This document shows, piece by piece, positions 1 through 8,814 of a DNA stretch of 34,582 bases. The DNA comes from a virus (taxonomy: Duplodnaviria; Heunggongvirae; Uroviricota; Caudoviricetes), in the IMG/VR virus record IMGVR_UViG_2623620495_000015. One strand, written 5' to 3'. The notes beneath the pieces were generated by a model, which worked only from the letters and a program-made list of their open reading frames with translations, was not told where the DNA came from and ran no database searches. Position numbers and translations under genes: made by a program. Every line of letters starts with the position of its first letter. The first letter of the stretch is position 1.

Positions 1-237
1 ATGATGGTTAGAAATGAAGTAATGAACCTGGACTGGCACCGCGAGTACATTGTCGCAGCTGTGCACACCAAAGGTTTTACGTTGCGTGAACTGTCTGTTC
101 GCGCTGGTCTAAAAAAAGACTCTTTAAAAAATGCATTGTATCGCTCATGCCCTAAATATGAACGCATCATAGCCGATGCTATTGGTGTGGAACCTGCGGA
201 GATCTGGCCAAGCCGGTATGCCAGTAAGGCGGCGTAA
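1..237 (+). CDS. ner: Ner-like DNA-binding transcriptional regulator
   Basis: 78-aa ORF; C-terminal ...AIGVEPAEIWPSRY resembles Mu Ner (from memory); TAATG overlap with the transposase start. Confidence 0.75.
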   Translation: MMVRNEVMNLDWHREYIVAAVHTKGFTLRELSVRAGLKKDSLKNALYRSCPKYERIIADAIGVEPAEIWPSRYASKAA

Positions 238-2279
238 TGTTTTATTCAGCCAATGAACTGGCCGGTCTTACTGGTTTGCCCGGTACAGTTCAGGGGGTGC
301 GCTGGACGCTCAATCGGATCACAGAGACGCACCCGGAATGGAAGCGCAAGCGTGAAGGCACCAAAGCATTCGAGTATCACATCGACTGCCTGCCCGCTGA
401 AGCGCAGAAGGTTTTACGTAAGCGCCTGACTCATCAGGTCCTGGAAGATGCACAACTGCCCGCCGTGGTTGAGCAGAAGGCAGTTAAAAACGTCGCCGTT
501 CGCGATGAACTGGAAGTGATGGTCAAATGCCCGGAACTGGCATTACGCGAAGTTCAGGCACTGACCGACAAGCAAAAGGCCATCGCTGATGCGCGGATAT
601 TGCTGGCTACTGAAGTGCATAAACTGCGTGAATACGCAGGAATGTCCAGGACGGCGGCGATAAAACACATCGTTGATGGTATCCGCCAGGAGGCTTTGCC
701 CGAGCGCGTTATTGTGGCAGGTAATACCGCCAATGCCCGACAGGGTAAGCGAACTGGCGTCAGTACAGGGAGTTTACAGGAATGGTATTCCTCCTGGCTG
801 ATGGCGCGCGGTGATGCCAATCAGTTACTGGCGTTACTGGCCCCCGGTCATCATAAGGGAACACCGTGGGAGCAGGTCTGGTGGTTGAGCGATTTCTTTA
901 TGTTCTATCGCTCATGGAAGCGCCCGACCGTTGAATATGCGTATCGCGAGTTTTCAGCCTGGTGGCATGAAAAACACGCGAATGATGCGGGAATGCTGGC
1001 GGCACTGCCTTCAGTTCACGCAGTAAGACGGGTGTTAAGCAACGTCCCGGTGATTGTTAAAGAGCGTTTCCGCTCCACCGGTTCAGCCTGGCGTTCGCTC
1101 AATCCCTTTGTGCGGCGCGACTGGAGCACATTACCGGTTAATGCGGTATGGGTCGGGGATGGTCACTGCATGAAAATGACCGCGTTTAACCCCCTGACCG
1201 GCAATATTTTTCGGCCAGAAGTGACGCTGGTTATGGATGCGGGTCAACGCTTTGTTGTGGGCTGGTCACTGTCCCTGTCGGAGAACGTGGTGGCCGTTGC
1301 TGACGCATTGCGTCATGGCATGTCACAACACGGAATACCGCTGATTTATTACTCCGATAACGGGGGCGGTGAAAAAAACCGGGTACTTGATGCCGATATT
1401 ACCGGGATTCTGCCCCGGCTGGGTGTGGAGCATCACACAGGGATACCAGGTAACCCACAGGGGCGCGGGGTGATTGAAAGGCTTAACAAGGAAATTCCCC
1501 GGGATGTGGCCTTGAGCTTCCAGACGTACTGCTCAAAGGGAGCAGACAAGGAAACCGTAATGATGCAGCAACGGATTATGCAGTCAGCCATTAAGGCCAC
1601 CCACAAAGGGAAAGAGCTGACAAAACGGCAGGTTAAGGCGAGGGATGAAATCCCTACCTTTGAGCAACTGATGGCAGCCATAGAGCTGGAGGTCAGACGC
1701 TATAACAACCGGCCACACAGCAGCCTTCCCCGCAAAGAGGATGGCGAATATTACAGCCCGGCAGCGTATCGCCGGAAACTGATAAAAGAGCAGAATGTTG
1801 AAATTGATTTCCTGTCGCCGGAAGAACTGCATGAAATGTTCAGGCCGGAAGTAACGCGCAAAACTTTTCGCGGGGAAATTCAGTTATTCAACAATATTTA
1901 TTACTCGTATGAGCTGGCAGCAGAGCACGGGAATGAAGTCAGGGTCAGTTACGATATTCATGATGCAAACAGTGTCATTGTCCGGCGGGCTGATGGCTCT
2001 TATATCTGCGACGCCATCTGGAACGGTAACAAGGTTGATGCCTTCGCTAAACCAGTTATCGAACAAAAACTGGAGAAACGCGTCAGGGGCCGCATTGCAC
2101 GGGCCACGCAGAAAATCGAAGAGGCTAAACGCGAGCTTACCCCGGCTATTACGCAGAAACCTGACTTTAATTTTGGATTTGGTCTGGAGCACAAGGAGGA
2201 AAAGAAAAAAGAAGAACTTTATTTCTTTGTATCCGAGCGTGACCGCAATTTAAAGAAAGACGGTACAAACAACCGTTAA
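237..2279 (+). CDS. A: Mu-type DDE transposase (MuA-like)
   Basis: 680-aa ORF immediately after ner and before a MuB-like ATPase; length and position match Mu A (663 aa); recognisable similarity to Mu transposase from memory. Confidence 0.88.
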   Translation: MFYSANELAGLTGLPGTVQGVRWTLNRITETHPEWKRKREGTKAFEYHIDCLPAEAQKVLRKRLTHQVLEDAQLPAVVEQKAVKNVAVRDELEVMVKCPELALREVQALTDKQKAIADARILLATEVHKLREYAGMSRTAAIKHIVDGIRQEALPERVIVAGNTANARQGKRTGVSTGSLQEWYSSWLMARGDANQLLALLAPGHHKGTPWEQVWWLSDFFMFYRSWKRPTVEYAYREFSAWWHEKHANDAGMLAALPSVHAVRRVLSNVPVIVKERFRSTGSAWRSLNPFVRRDWSTLPVNAVWVGDGHCMKMTAFNPLTGNIFRPEVTLVMDAGQRFVVGWSLSLSENVVAVADALRHGMSQHGIPLIYYSDNGGGEKNRVLDADITGILPRLGVEHHTGIPGNPQGRGVIERLNKEIPRDVALSFQTYCSKGADKETVMMQQRIMQSAIKATHKGKELTKRQVKARDEIPTFEQLMAAIELEVRRYNNRPHSSLPRKEDGEYYSPAAYRRKLIKEQNVEIDFLSPEELHEMFRPEVTRKTFRGEIQLFNNIYYSYELAAEHGNEVRVSYDIHDANSVIVRRADGSYICDAIWNGNKVDAFAKPVIEQKLEKRVRGRIARATQKIEEAKRELTPAITQKPDFNFGFGLEHKEEKKKEELYFFVSERDRNLKKDGTNNR

Positions 2280-2296
2280 TTTAAAAGGTATTTAAT

Positions 2297-3190
2297 ATGA
2301 GTTTAATTACGCAATTAAATGACGTAATGGCCCGTCGCGGCTATACGCAGACCCACGTAGCCCGTGCTATTGGGCGTAGTAACGCCGTTATTAACCAGTA
2401 TTTGCAGGGTAAATATCAGGGCGATATCGCTGATATCGAAGAGCGAATTTCTGCCTTTGTCAGCCGTGAACGGGAGAAAGAAAACAATCGCCGTGTTAAA
2501 GCAAATTTTGTTGCCACCAATATGGCTGCCAAAGGACTGGAAGTGCTGGCCTACGCTCACCTGGAATGTGAAATCTGTGTACTGTATGGCGCAGCAGGCC
2601 TTGGCAAAACAATGATTCTGCGTGAATACGCAGCCAGAAACCGGGATGCGGTCCTGATTGAGGCTGACCCGGGCTACACAGCCAGGACACTGCTTGAGGA
2701 GTTGTGCCGCCAGCTGGGGGTAAAGGTTCGCGGCAACATTCACGAACTGATTGATGCCTGTGTGCGCGAACTGGGTGATTCCGGTCGTCTGCTGATGGTG
2801 GACGAGGCTGAACTGCTACCCTATCGCGCACTGGAGGTTCTGCGCCGTCTGCATGACAAGGCGGGTATCGGGATTGTCCTGGCGGGTATGCCACGCCTTC
2901 TGATTAACCTCAAGGGGCGTCGTGGTGAGTTCGCCCAGTTATACAGCCGTGTTGCGCTGGCGCTTAACCTGGGCGACACGCTGTCGCAGGAAGATTTTAA
3001 CCAGATAGCCACAGAGCTGATGCCGGAAGCCGTTGAACCGGAAATCAGCGAGGCGCTTTACACGCGCTCGTTGGGTAATGCCCGCCGTCTGTTCAAACTG
3101 GCGCGCGGTGTGTACCGGATTTGTGATATCAGCGATGCCCCCGTCAGCGTGCAAGCTATTGATGATTTCGCAGAAATGTTAATTCACTGA
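2297..3190 (+). CDS. B: MuB-like AAA+ ATPase, transposition target DNA activator
   Basis: 297-aa ORF; Walker A GAAGLGKT; MVDEAE Walker B-like; N-terminal HTH-like segment; follows the transposase as in Mu. Confidence 0.85.
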   Translation: MSLITQLNDVMARRGYTQTHVARAIGRSNAVINQYLQGKYQGDIADIEERISAFVSREREKENNRRVKANFVATNMAAKGLEVLAYAHLECEICVLYGAAGLGKTMILREYAARNRDAVLIEADPGYTARTLLEELCRQLGVKVRGNIHELIDACVRELGDSGRLLMVDEAELLPYRALEVLRRLHDKAGIGIVLAGMPRLLINLKGRRGEFAQLYSRVALALNLGDTLSQEDFNQIATELMPEAVEPEISEALYTRSLGNARRLFKLARGVYRICDISDAPVSVQAIDDFAEMLIH

Positions 3191-3204
3191 CAGGGAGTTA
3201 TCGT

Positions 3205-3537
3205 ATGGAAAAAATGGCTCTCAGAAATGAAATCAGGGCACTCAGGAATATTGGTTGTCATGGGCGCGTTTATTTTGATGGAACCCCTGGTGAAATTATT
3301 CCGTTTGTTGATTGCCGCGTGCCGGGTGAACTGTACATTGATTTGTATTCCCGCGAACGGGAAATCAATGGAATCGGAAATACCAGCGATGACTGGGATG
3401 TTGATGAATGCTATATGCGATTAATGATTATCCCTTTTGAGCAGAATTTACAGGGGTTTCGCCGGGCTTATCGTCTTGCGCGTATGTGTGCCCGTCTTCC
3501 CCGTTATCAGCCACGGCTTGCGTTTGCACTCAGATAA
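3205..3537 (+). CDS. hypothetical early protein (110 aa), candidate inserted accessory gene
   Basis: ATG with GGGAG RBS 7 nt upstream; bracketed by an 18-bp direct repeat of the B 3' end. Confidence 0.5.
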   Translation: MEKMALRNEIRALRNIGCHGRVYFDGTPGEIIPFVDCRVPGELYIDLYSREREINGIGNTSDDWDVDECYMRLMIIPFEQNLQGFRRAYRLARMCARLPRYQPRLAFALR

Positions 3538-3563
3538 TGCGGCAGAGAAATGTTAATTCACTG

Positions 3564-3803
3564 ATGGAGAACAAGATGATGGACAAGCAGACCATTAACG
3601 CCGTCCGTTCCCGTGCCCGTGTGGCCATCCATACCACCGGCGGTCGCGTAACGTGGCAGCATCACCGTTTACCTGTGGTTTATGCCTGCCCGCCCGTGGG
3701 TGGTCCTGTATGGCCGGTAACGGAAATCATCCAGACATTCAGCGGCCTGCGCCGCGTGGTTAAAACGTCCTGTATCGACGGCTGCACCGTCGTATGGCAA
3801 TAA
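3564..3803 (+). CDS. hypothetical early protein (79 aa)
   Basis: ATG overlapping the TGA of the repeat copy (TGATG); in frame with track ORF 3486..3803; Cys-rich. Confidence 0.4.
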   Translation: MENKMMDKQTINAVRSRARVAIHTTGGRVTWQHHRLPVVYACPPVGGPVWPVTEIIQTFSGLRRVVKTSCIDGCTVVWQ

Positions 3804-3815
3804 GAGGAAATCAGA

Positions 3816-4031
3816 ATGACAGTTAAATTAGAAGTAATTATCTATACCAATGAAAAAGGCATGACTTTAACCCAGATTACAGGGAGTTATTCGAAGGACG
3901 TCACTTCCGAAAGGGAGTTTCAGGTGGCAACAGGATTACATGATGTTATCAAGGACGCACTGAGAAATGACTACAACGGTGTGAATATTTTTTCTGAAAA
4001 CGTTGCACCTTGCGCACATAACGCACGTTAA
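3816..4031 (+). CDS. hypothetical small protein (71 aa), AT-rich
   Basis: AGAGGAAA RBS; markedly AT-rich compared with neighbours. Confidence 0.45.
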   Translation: MTVKLEVIIYTNEKGMTLTQITGSYSKDVTSEREFQVATGLHDVIKDALRNDYNGVNIFSENVAPCAHNAR

Positions 4032-4060
4032 TCTGTAAATATCACTGAGGTAATTTAATT

Positions 4061-4705
4061 ATGACGACTGAAAATAAAGTTAAACAATATACGAAAAACC
4101 AGGTGACCGAAGGTTACTGGGTGGATGCCCGTGGCGTAATGACACCTGAAAGTCTGATTAAGGATATTGACCGCGACCGCGAGCAGCTGGTCGGTGAGAT
4201 TGTCGAACTGGTGATTGCTGCCTCCGCCTCGCTGCGTGATTTGAAACTGCGCGCGTTTGGCGATATTCAGGCATTTATTGACCTGTCGGCGGAGAAATAC
4301 GGCGCTGTGAAAGGCGGCAAAAAAGGCAATATCACGCTTTACAGCTTTGACGGGCGTTACAAGATTCAGCGCGCCATGCAGGACCGTATCGCGCTTGATG
4401 AACGCATTCAGACCGCGAAGGCGCTGATTGATGACTGTCTGGCTGACTGGACGGAAGGTGCACGCCCTGAAATTAAAGCCATCATCAGCGAGGCATTCAG
4501 CACGGACAAGGAAGGCAACATTAACACCGGGCGCGTTCTGGCTCTGCGTCGTCTCGATATTACGGAGGAACGCTGGGATAACGCCATGAAACTGATTGGT
4601 GAAGCCGTCCAGGTGGTTGGCAGCAGAAGCTATATCCGCGTGTATGAGCGCGTCGGTGATTCTGCTGAATACCGCGCAATCCCGCTTGATATTGCAGGGG
4701 TTTAA
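4061..4705 (+). CDS. hypothetical early protein (214 aa), possibly DUF3164-like
   Basis: GAGG RBS; mixed-charge globular composition; resembles a family seen in Mu-like prophages (recalled, unverified). A full-length antisense ORF (4055..4708) is judged a shadow. Confidence 0.55.
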   Translation: MTTENKVKQYTKNQVTEGYWVDARGVMTPESLIKDIDRDREQLVGEIVELVIAASASLRDLKLRAFGDIQAFIDLSAEKYGAVKGGKKGNITLYSFDGRYKIQRAMQDRIALDERIQTAKALIDDCLADWTEGARPEIKAIISEAFSTDKEGNINTGRVLALRRLDITEERWDNAMKLIGEAVQVVGSRSYIRVYERVGDSAEYRAIPLDIAGV

Positions 4706-4706
4706 C

Positions 4707-4940
4707 ATGCATCAGGATATCAAAGAGTACAGAGCCAGAAATAGTTGCGCGGCGTATTCGCTGGGCGCGTCCAGAGCAGAACAACGCGGCGATTATGCCG
4801 AAGCTGAAAAACTGTGGCGTAAGGTAGCACAAAGCCCGTGTAGTACCCTGCGCCGCATCTGGGCGGAACACCGGGCAGAGTTCTGTGCCAATGCTCACCT
4901 GAAAGGATGGAAGCCGCCTCATGAACGCGAAGAACTTTAA
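4707..4940 (+). CDS. small ANR-like regulator candidate (77 aa)
   Basis: ATG 2 nt after the upstream stop; pattern AE..G.Y.EAE.LW...W.E.RAEFC resembles small prophage ANR-family proteins (memory only). Confidence 0.4.
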   Translation: MHQDIKEYRARNSCAAYSLGASRAEQRGDYAEAEKLWRKVAQSPCSTLRRIWAEHRAEFCANAHLKGWKPPHEREEL

Positions 4941-5112
4941 TCAGTTATATCCGCCAGGAACTCGCTTCATGCACATTGCACACCCGGCACTGCGTGGTGG
5001 TCGTGTGGTGAAAACCGTTGCGCCAGCCAGAGATTTTAAATGTGGTTGTGTGGTTGAAATTAATGTCGAGCCTTATTTCGTAAAAGTCGAAACACTGAAA
5101 GCACCGCATTAA
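4921..5112 (+). CDS. hypothetical small protein (63 aa)
   Basis: ATG overlapping the end of the previous gene; no recognisable motif. Confidence 0.3.
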   Translation: MNAKNFNQLYPPGTRFMHIAHPALRGGRVVKTVAPARDFKCGCVVEINVEPYFVKVETLKAPH

Positions 5113-5142
5113 TTTAATTTGCTTTTAATTGTTATTTAAACC

Positions 5143-5174
5143 AGGCGTAAACACGCCAGGGCTGGCTTACGCCT
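5143..5174 (+). promoter_or_regulatory. conserved stem-loop module A upstream of gene 5194
   Basis: AGGCGTAA (5143-5150) pairs with TTACGCCT (5167-5174); loop contains GCCAGGGCTGGC; paralogous copy at 5769-5798. Confidence 0.5.
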
Positions 5175-5193
5175 GAATCAAGAGGATTTATAT

Positions 5194-5739
5194 ATGAAAG
5201 ATAAAGTCTGGGATTTTATTGTTACTCCGAAAGGTTTTGCTACCCGTAAATCTGTAGAGTTGGCCAATGTTACGTTATGGGCATCATCATTGCTGGGACG
5301 TCTGGGAGGACCCGGTAGTTTTATGGATGCGGTACTTAATGCCCAGATTGCCGGGAATGCTCTGGCCAGTAACGGGGCTTATATTCAGGGGGACTTGTTC
5401 GCCATGATGGCAAATGACACGGTTGCACTGTACCTCGCGACACGGAACATACTGACAAGAATATCCATGCAGTCATGTAGCGAGGGTATGGAAGACCTCC
5501 GGGACATTCTTGAAGGTGATTTGCTCACTATTTCAGGTGTGCAGGAATCCCTCCCGCGTCAGTTGCGGTTTATTGACCTGATGGAGTCATATAAAGATAA
5601 ACCTGATTTTTTTCATATTCGATTCAGCGGGATGGAACTGCTGGATGAATATTATTCGCTGGATTCGATTTCCCGTGATGTGAAGGCGTTTGTTAAGTCA
5701 GTTGATCGCCATTACCGGAAAGCTGAACGCTGTAGTTAA
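5194..5739 (+). CDS. hypothetical protein (181 aa)
   Basis: ATG with AAGAGG RBS; preceded by stem-loop module A; no family recognised. Confidence 0.55.
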   Translation: MKDKVWDFIVTPKGFATRKSVELANVTLWASSLLGRLGGPGSFMDAVLNAQIAGNALASNGAYIQGDLFAMMANDTVALYLATRNILTRISMQSCSEGMEDLRDILEGDLLTISGVQESLPRQLRFIDLMESYKDKPDFFHIRFSGMELLDEYYSLDSISRDVKAFVKSVDRHYRKAERCS

Positions 5740-5768
5740 TAAGTCTGTTTTTAATTTTATTTGTATAT

Positions 5769-5798
5769 GACGTAAACCAGTCAGGGCTGGCTTACGTC
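5769..5798 (+). promoter_or_regulatory. conserved stem-loop module B upstream of gene 5818
   Basis: GACGTAA (5769-5775) pairs with TTACGTC (5792-5798); same loop core CAGGGCTGGC; differs from module A by a compensatory G-C to A-T stem change. Confidence 0.5.
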
Positions 5799-5817
5799 TG
5801 AATAAGAGAAATTCATT

Positions 5818-6534
5818 ATGGAAAATAAAAGTAAATACATTGCCAGAATTAAAAAACTGTTACGCCTTGCCAGAGGAACATCAAGCCCGGAAGAAGCCGC
5901 TAACGCTATTGCAAAAGCCCAGGCATATATGCGCCAGTATGGTATCAGCGAAAACGACGCGGAATTGTTCGATATTCAGGAGGCTGCCAGCGCGGGTGCC
6001 CCCAGTAATGCTGTGATTTCGCCGCGCTATATGCATGTTCTGTGTAGTCTGGTCCGCAATGCCTTCGGGGTTGAATGTTATATCTCCTTTAAATATCTGG
6101 AATCTGGTTCACGTAAATGCTACGTGAAATTTTATGGACCTGGCAGCCGCCCGGAAATCGCTGCCTACGCGTTTGATGTGCTTTCCCGTCAGATGATGGC
6201 AGAGCGCAGGAAATATCAGGATAAACACTGCAAACGTTGCAGCCCGTCCACGCGGGTGGCCCGTGGTGACCAGTTCTGCGAAGGCTGGGCCTTTGGTGCC
6301 CGTGACGTGATTACGGTGTATGACGTCTCCCCGGAAGAGAAAGGTCGTATTGAGCTTTACCGGCAGAGCCTGCACAGCTCTAAAGGGCTGCGCGAAGGGA
6401 ATATGCGCACAGCTAAAGCGTGTCGGGGTGCAGAGTTTGCCGCTACTGCGGGTTTTATCGCCGGGAAAAACGCCAGACTGCATCAGGGGGTTAATGGTCA
6501 GAGCAACAGACCGCTGGCACTGGGGAGGGGATAA
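5818..6534 (+). CDS. hypothetical protein with DUF2786-like N-terminus and Cys-containing C-terminal region (238 aa)
   Basis: N-terminus IARIKKLLRLARGTSSPEEAANAIAKAQAYMRQYGI resembles DUF2786 (memory); C-terminal part has HCKRC...C motif. Confidence 0.55.
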   Translation: MENKSKYIARIKKLLRLARGTSSPEEAANAIAKAQAYMRQYGISENDAELFDIQEAASAGAPSNAVISPRYMHVLCSLVRNAFGVECYISFKYLESGSRKCYVKFYGPGSRPEIAAYAFDVLSRQMMAERRKYQDKHCKRCSPSTRVARGDQFCEGWAFGARDVITVYDVSPEEKGRIELYRQSLHSSKGLREGNMRTAKACRGAEFAATAGFIAGKNARLHQGVNGQSNRPLALGRG

Positions 6535-6536
6535 CG

Positions 6537-6764
6537 ATGGCTTTTAAACTTCTCAGTGTTACCGAAGCAATATACCAGCCGCCAGGAGAACGCCACGAAT
6601 ACAGGATGAATGACGGCAGCGCGGCGGTTGAGTTCCCTAAATATCCGGGGGCTTCCCGGTGGCGGTTCTATGACAGTGCGGGACGCCGGATTATTAAAAG
6701 AACCGTGCACAACGCCATGAAAGCCGCTGTAGAACGTCACAAAAGAAGGTTTAACTGCAAATGA
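6537..6764 (+). CDS. hypothetical small protein (75 aa)
   Basis: GGGAGGGG RBS; tightly packed after the upstream gene. Confidence 0.4.
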   Translation: MAFKLLSVTEAIYQPPGERHEYRMNDGSAAVEFPKYPGASRWRFYDSAGRRIIKRTVHNAMKAAVERHKRRFNCK

Positions 6765-6991
6765 ATATTGAATTTTATAACTATGGGACTAAAGCAAAAA
6801 TCATTGTTACCTGCTGGCTCTGGGAGTTTCGCCGCTATAACCGGGTTGTGGATGCGGCGCTGTTTGCGGCCCCTGAAGTGCACCATCAGAGCGGTGGCGG
6901 TCTTTTAATGAGAACCGTCATCTACGGTAAGACGGTCCCGATGTTACGGGTGTTTAAAGTGGCAAAACAGGAGGCTGGCAATGGTCATTGA
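6761..6991 (+). CDS. hypothetical small protein (76 aa)
   Basis: ATGA overlap with the upstream stop; operon-style coupling. Confidence 0.35.
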   Translation: MNIEFYNYGTKAKIIVTCWLWEFRRYNRVVDAALFAAPEVHHQSGGGLLMRTVIYGKTVPMLRVFKVAKQEAGNGH

Positions 6992-7271
6992 TAAAACGAT
7001 AACGATAGATGTAGCCATGAATGCAGGCATCGCTCTTCTCGGTTGGTGTTACATCATGCTCCGCGCCGGGATGTGGCTGTCCCTTGTATTCCTGAAAACA
7101 TGGAATAAGCACCGTAAACAGACGCAGCAGCAGAAGGCAATGAATGCGTTTTTTGAGGCCTTCGATATCGACAGTATAGAGCCGGGAGAACCAACCCGCG
7201 TTATCCCCGTAGGTGATGTCGTGATTTTGGTATACCGGAGTGAAAAGAATGAACAGGAGGTGGCGCAGTGA
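6981..7271 (+). CDS. small membrane protein (96 aa)
   Basis: AGGAGG-like RBS; one strong hydrophobic helix AGIALLGWCYIMLRAGMWLSLVFL. Confidence 0.4.
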   Translation: MVIDKTITIDVAMNAGIALLGWCYIMLRAGMWLSLVFLKTWNKHRKQTQQQKAMNAFFEAFDIDSIEPGEPTRVIPVGDVVILVYRSEKNEQEVAQ

Positions 7272-7432
7272 ACCAGCAAACCAGAATAAGCGATAAGAGT
7301 CTGACCAGACTGATTGCTGATGCGGACAAGGTGCTGGAGCGGAACACCCCGGTTGCCGATGAGGAATGGTGGCAGGATTTCCGGGCCGCAATGCTGGAAC
7401 TTCAGGAACGTCGTCGGGAGGAGTTGAAGTGA
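7268..7432 (+). CDS. hypothetical small protein (54 aa, GTG start)
   Basis: Translated manually (below the track cutoff); AGGAGG 8 nt upstream of GTG; GTGA overlaps on both sides. Confidence 0.3.
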   Translation: MNQQTRISDKSLTRLIADADKVLERNTPVADEEWWQDFRAAMLELQERRREELK

Positions 7433-8055
7433 GCAAGATGAAAGAGCGCGGCATGATTTTTAATGATGCGATGGTCAGGGCCATCCTCGAAGGCAGGAAG
7501 ACGCAGACTCGCCGACCTGTAAAAAATGTCGGGGCGGATAACTACCTGGTTATCAGTAAACCGACAAAGAAACGCAATGGTGTCTATATCCATGTTATGG
7601 ATGCACCGAAACATGGTTTATGTCCGTTCGGTAACGTTGGTGATCGCATATGGGTACGTGAAACATTCAACGCTTTTTGGCTGGATAACGATGTCATTCA
7701 GGAAATCAAAAATGGTGTCTCTCTGGCTTCTGAACTGTGTGATTACAAGGCTGATTACTCAGATAGTAGCAATCTAGCTGAGGGTTGGACCCCGTCAATT
7801 CACATGCCGCGATGGGCATCGCGTATTTTGCTGGAAATTACCGACGTGCGTGTGGAACGGCTGCATGACATGAGCGAGGCAGATGCTAAAGCGGAAGGCG
7901 CATCTCCGGCGACGTACAAGATTACACCGCCGGAAGCTGTTTATCGCGTTGGCTTTGGTGATATCTGGCGCGGTATTTACGGGCAAGAGAACTGGTTATC
8001 TAACCCGTGGGTATGGGTAATTGAGTTTAAGCGTATTCAGGAGGGCAACCAGTGA
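7429..8055 (+). CDS. hypothetical protein, possible ASCH-like fold (208 aa)
   Basis: GTG start 6 nt after GGGAGGAG; motifs GRKTQTRRP and GDRIWVRETF recall ASCH-type domains (memory, unverified). Confidence 0.45.
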   Translation: MSKMKERGMIFNDAMVRAILEGRKTQTRRPVKNVGADNYLVISKPTKKRNGVYIHVMDAPKHGLCPFGNVGDRIWVRETFNAFWLDNDVIQEIKNGVSLASELCDYKADYSDSSNLAEGWTPSIHMPRWASRILLEITDVRVERLHDMSEADAKAEGASPATYKITPPEAVYRVGFGDIWRGIYGQENWLSNPWVWVIEFKRIQEGNQ

Positions 8056-8645
8056 GCAACATTAATTACCAGGCACTGCGAATGGCGGCAGAAAATGCAA
8101 CCCCTGGCGAATGGTGTTCTGATAATTACTATGGGGTAATTGCTGATGCCGGACTGAACGCAAATTACTACATAGCATCATGCTCAGGACCAGATAATCG
8201 TGCCAATAAGCGATTCATAGCAGCAGCCAATCCGGCTGCTGTGCTGGCACTGCTGGATGAACTGGAGTATTACAAATCACGCGAAGAGCGGGTTACAAAG
8301 CTGGTTATGGATAACTCGACAAGTTGGGATGCTCTTTACAAGAAGCTGGAAGCCGCAGAGAAGCGCATAGCAGAACTGGAAGCACGGGAAACAAAACCAG
8401 CCAAAGGCGAAGTTCTTGTCGTTGTATCTGGTTTTACTGGTTGCGGAAAAAGCGCCATTGCCGGGGAAATAGAAATCGCGATGAAGGCTATTGGTGTACC
8501 GGTTAAGTGGACTAATGGCGATGCAGAAAAGCGCATGACTGGCGCTGACTGGCTGACAGCAATTGAGATGTACAAACCAACTGTGCGCATCGTGGAAGTT
8601 AATGTGCCACGCGTCGCTGGCATTCGCATCAAAGGAGGTGAGTAG
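8052..8645 (+). CDS. ead/Ea22-like protein
   Basis: GTG start after AGGAGG; motif AANPAAVLALLDELE plus coiled-coil AAEKRIAELEARE, typical of Ea22-like proteins (memory). Confidence 0.5.
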   Translation: MSNINYQALRMAAENATPGEWCSDNYYGVIADAGLNANYYIASCSGPDNRANKRFIAAANPAAVLALLDELEYYKSREERVTKLVMDNSTSWDALYKKLEAAEKRIAELEARETKPAKGEVLVVVSGFTGCGKSAIAGEIEIAMKAIGVPVKWTNGDAEKRMTGADWLTAIEMYKPTVRIVEVNVPRVAGIRIKGGE

Positions 8646-8814
8646 TGCGTGTGGCATGTATCGGCTTGTTACCGTACCCGACTCGTTTTTGGGCTTCTGC
8701 GCTAATTGCAAAGCCGCATGTCCTGATGGCTGACAGCATCATCCCTGCACCGAAACGCCGTACAGGCATTGCGGCGGCGAGACGAGCAGCAAAGAAACGC
8801 AGGAGAACAAAACG

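Noticed and set aside
4055-4708. 217-aa minus-strand ORF almost exactly co-extensive with the + strand gene 4061..4705
   Set aside because: Only one is likely real; the + strand ORF has a GAGG RBS and fits the unidirectional early operon. Unusual enough that expression data would be worth checking.
4061-5739. Gam-like host-nuclease inhibitor among the early genes
   Set aside because: None of the early ORFs resembles Mu Gam as far as I can recall; absence cannot be confirmed without a profile search.
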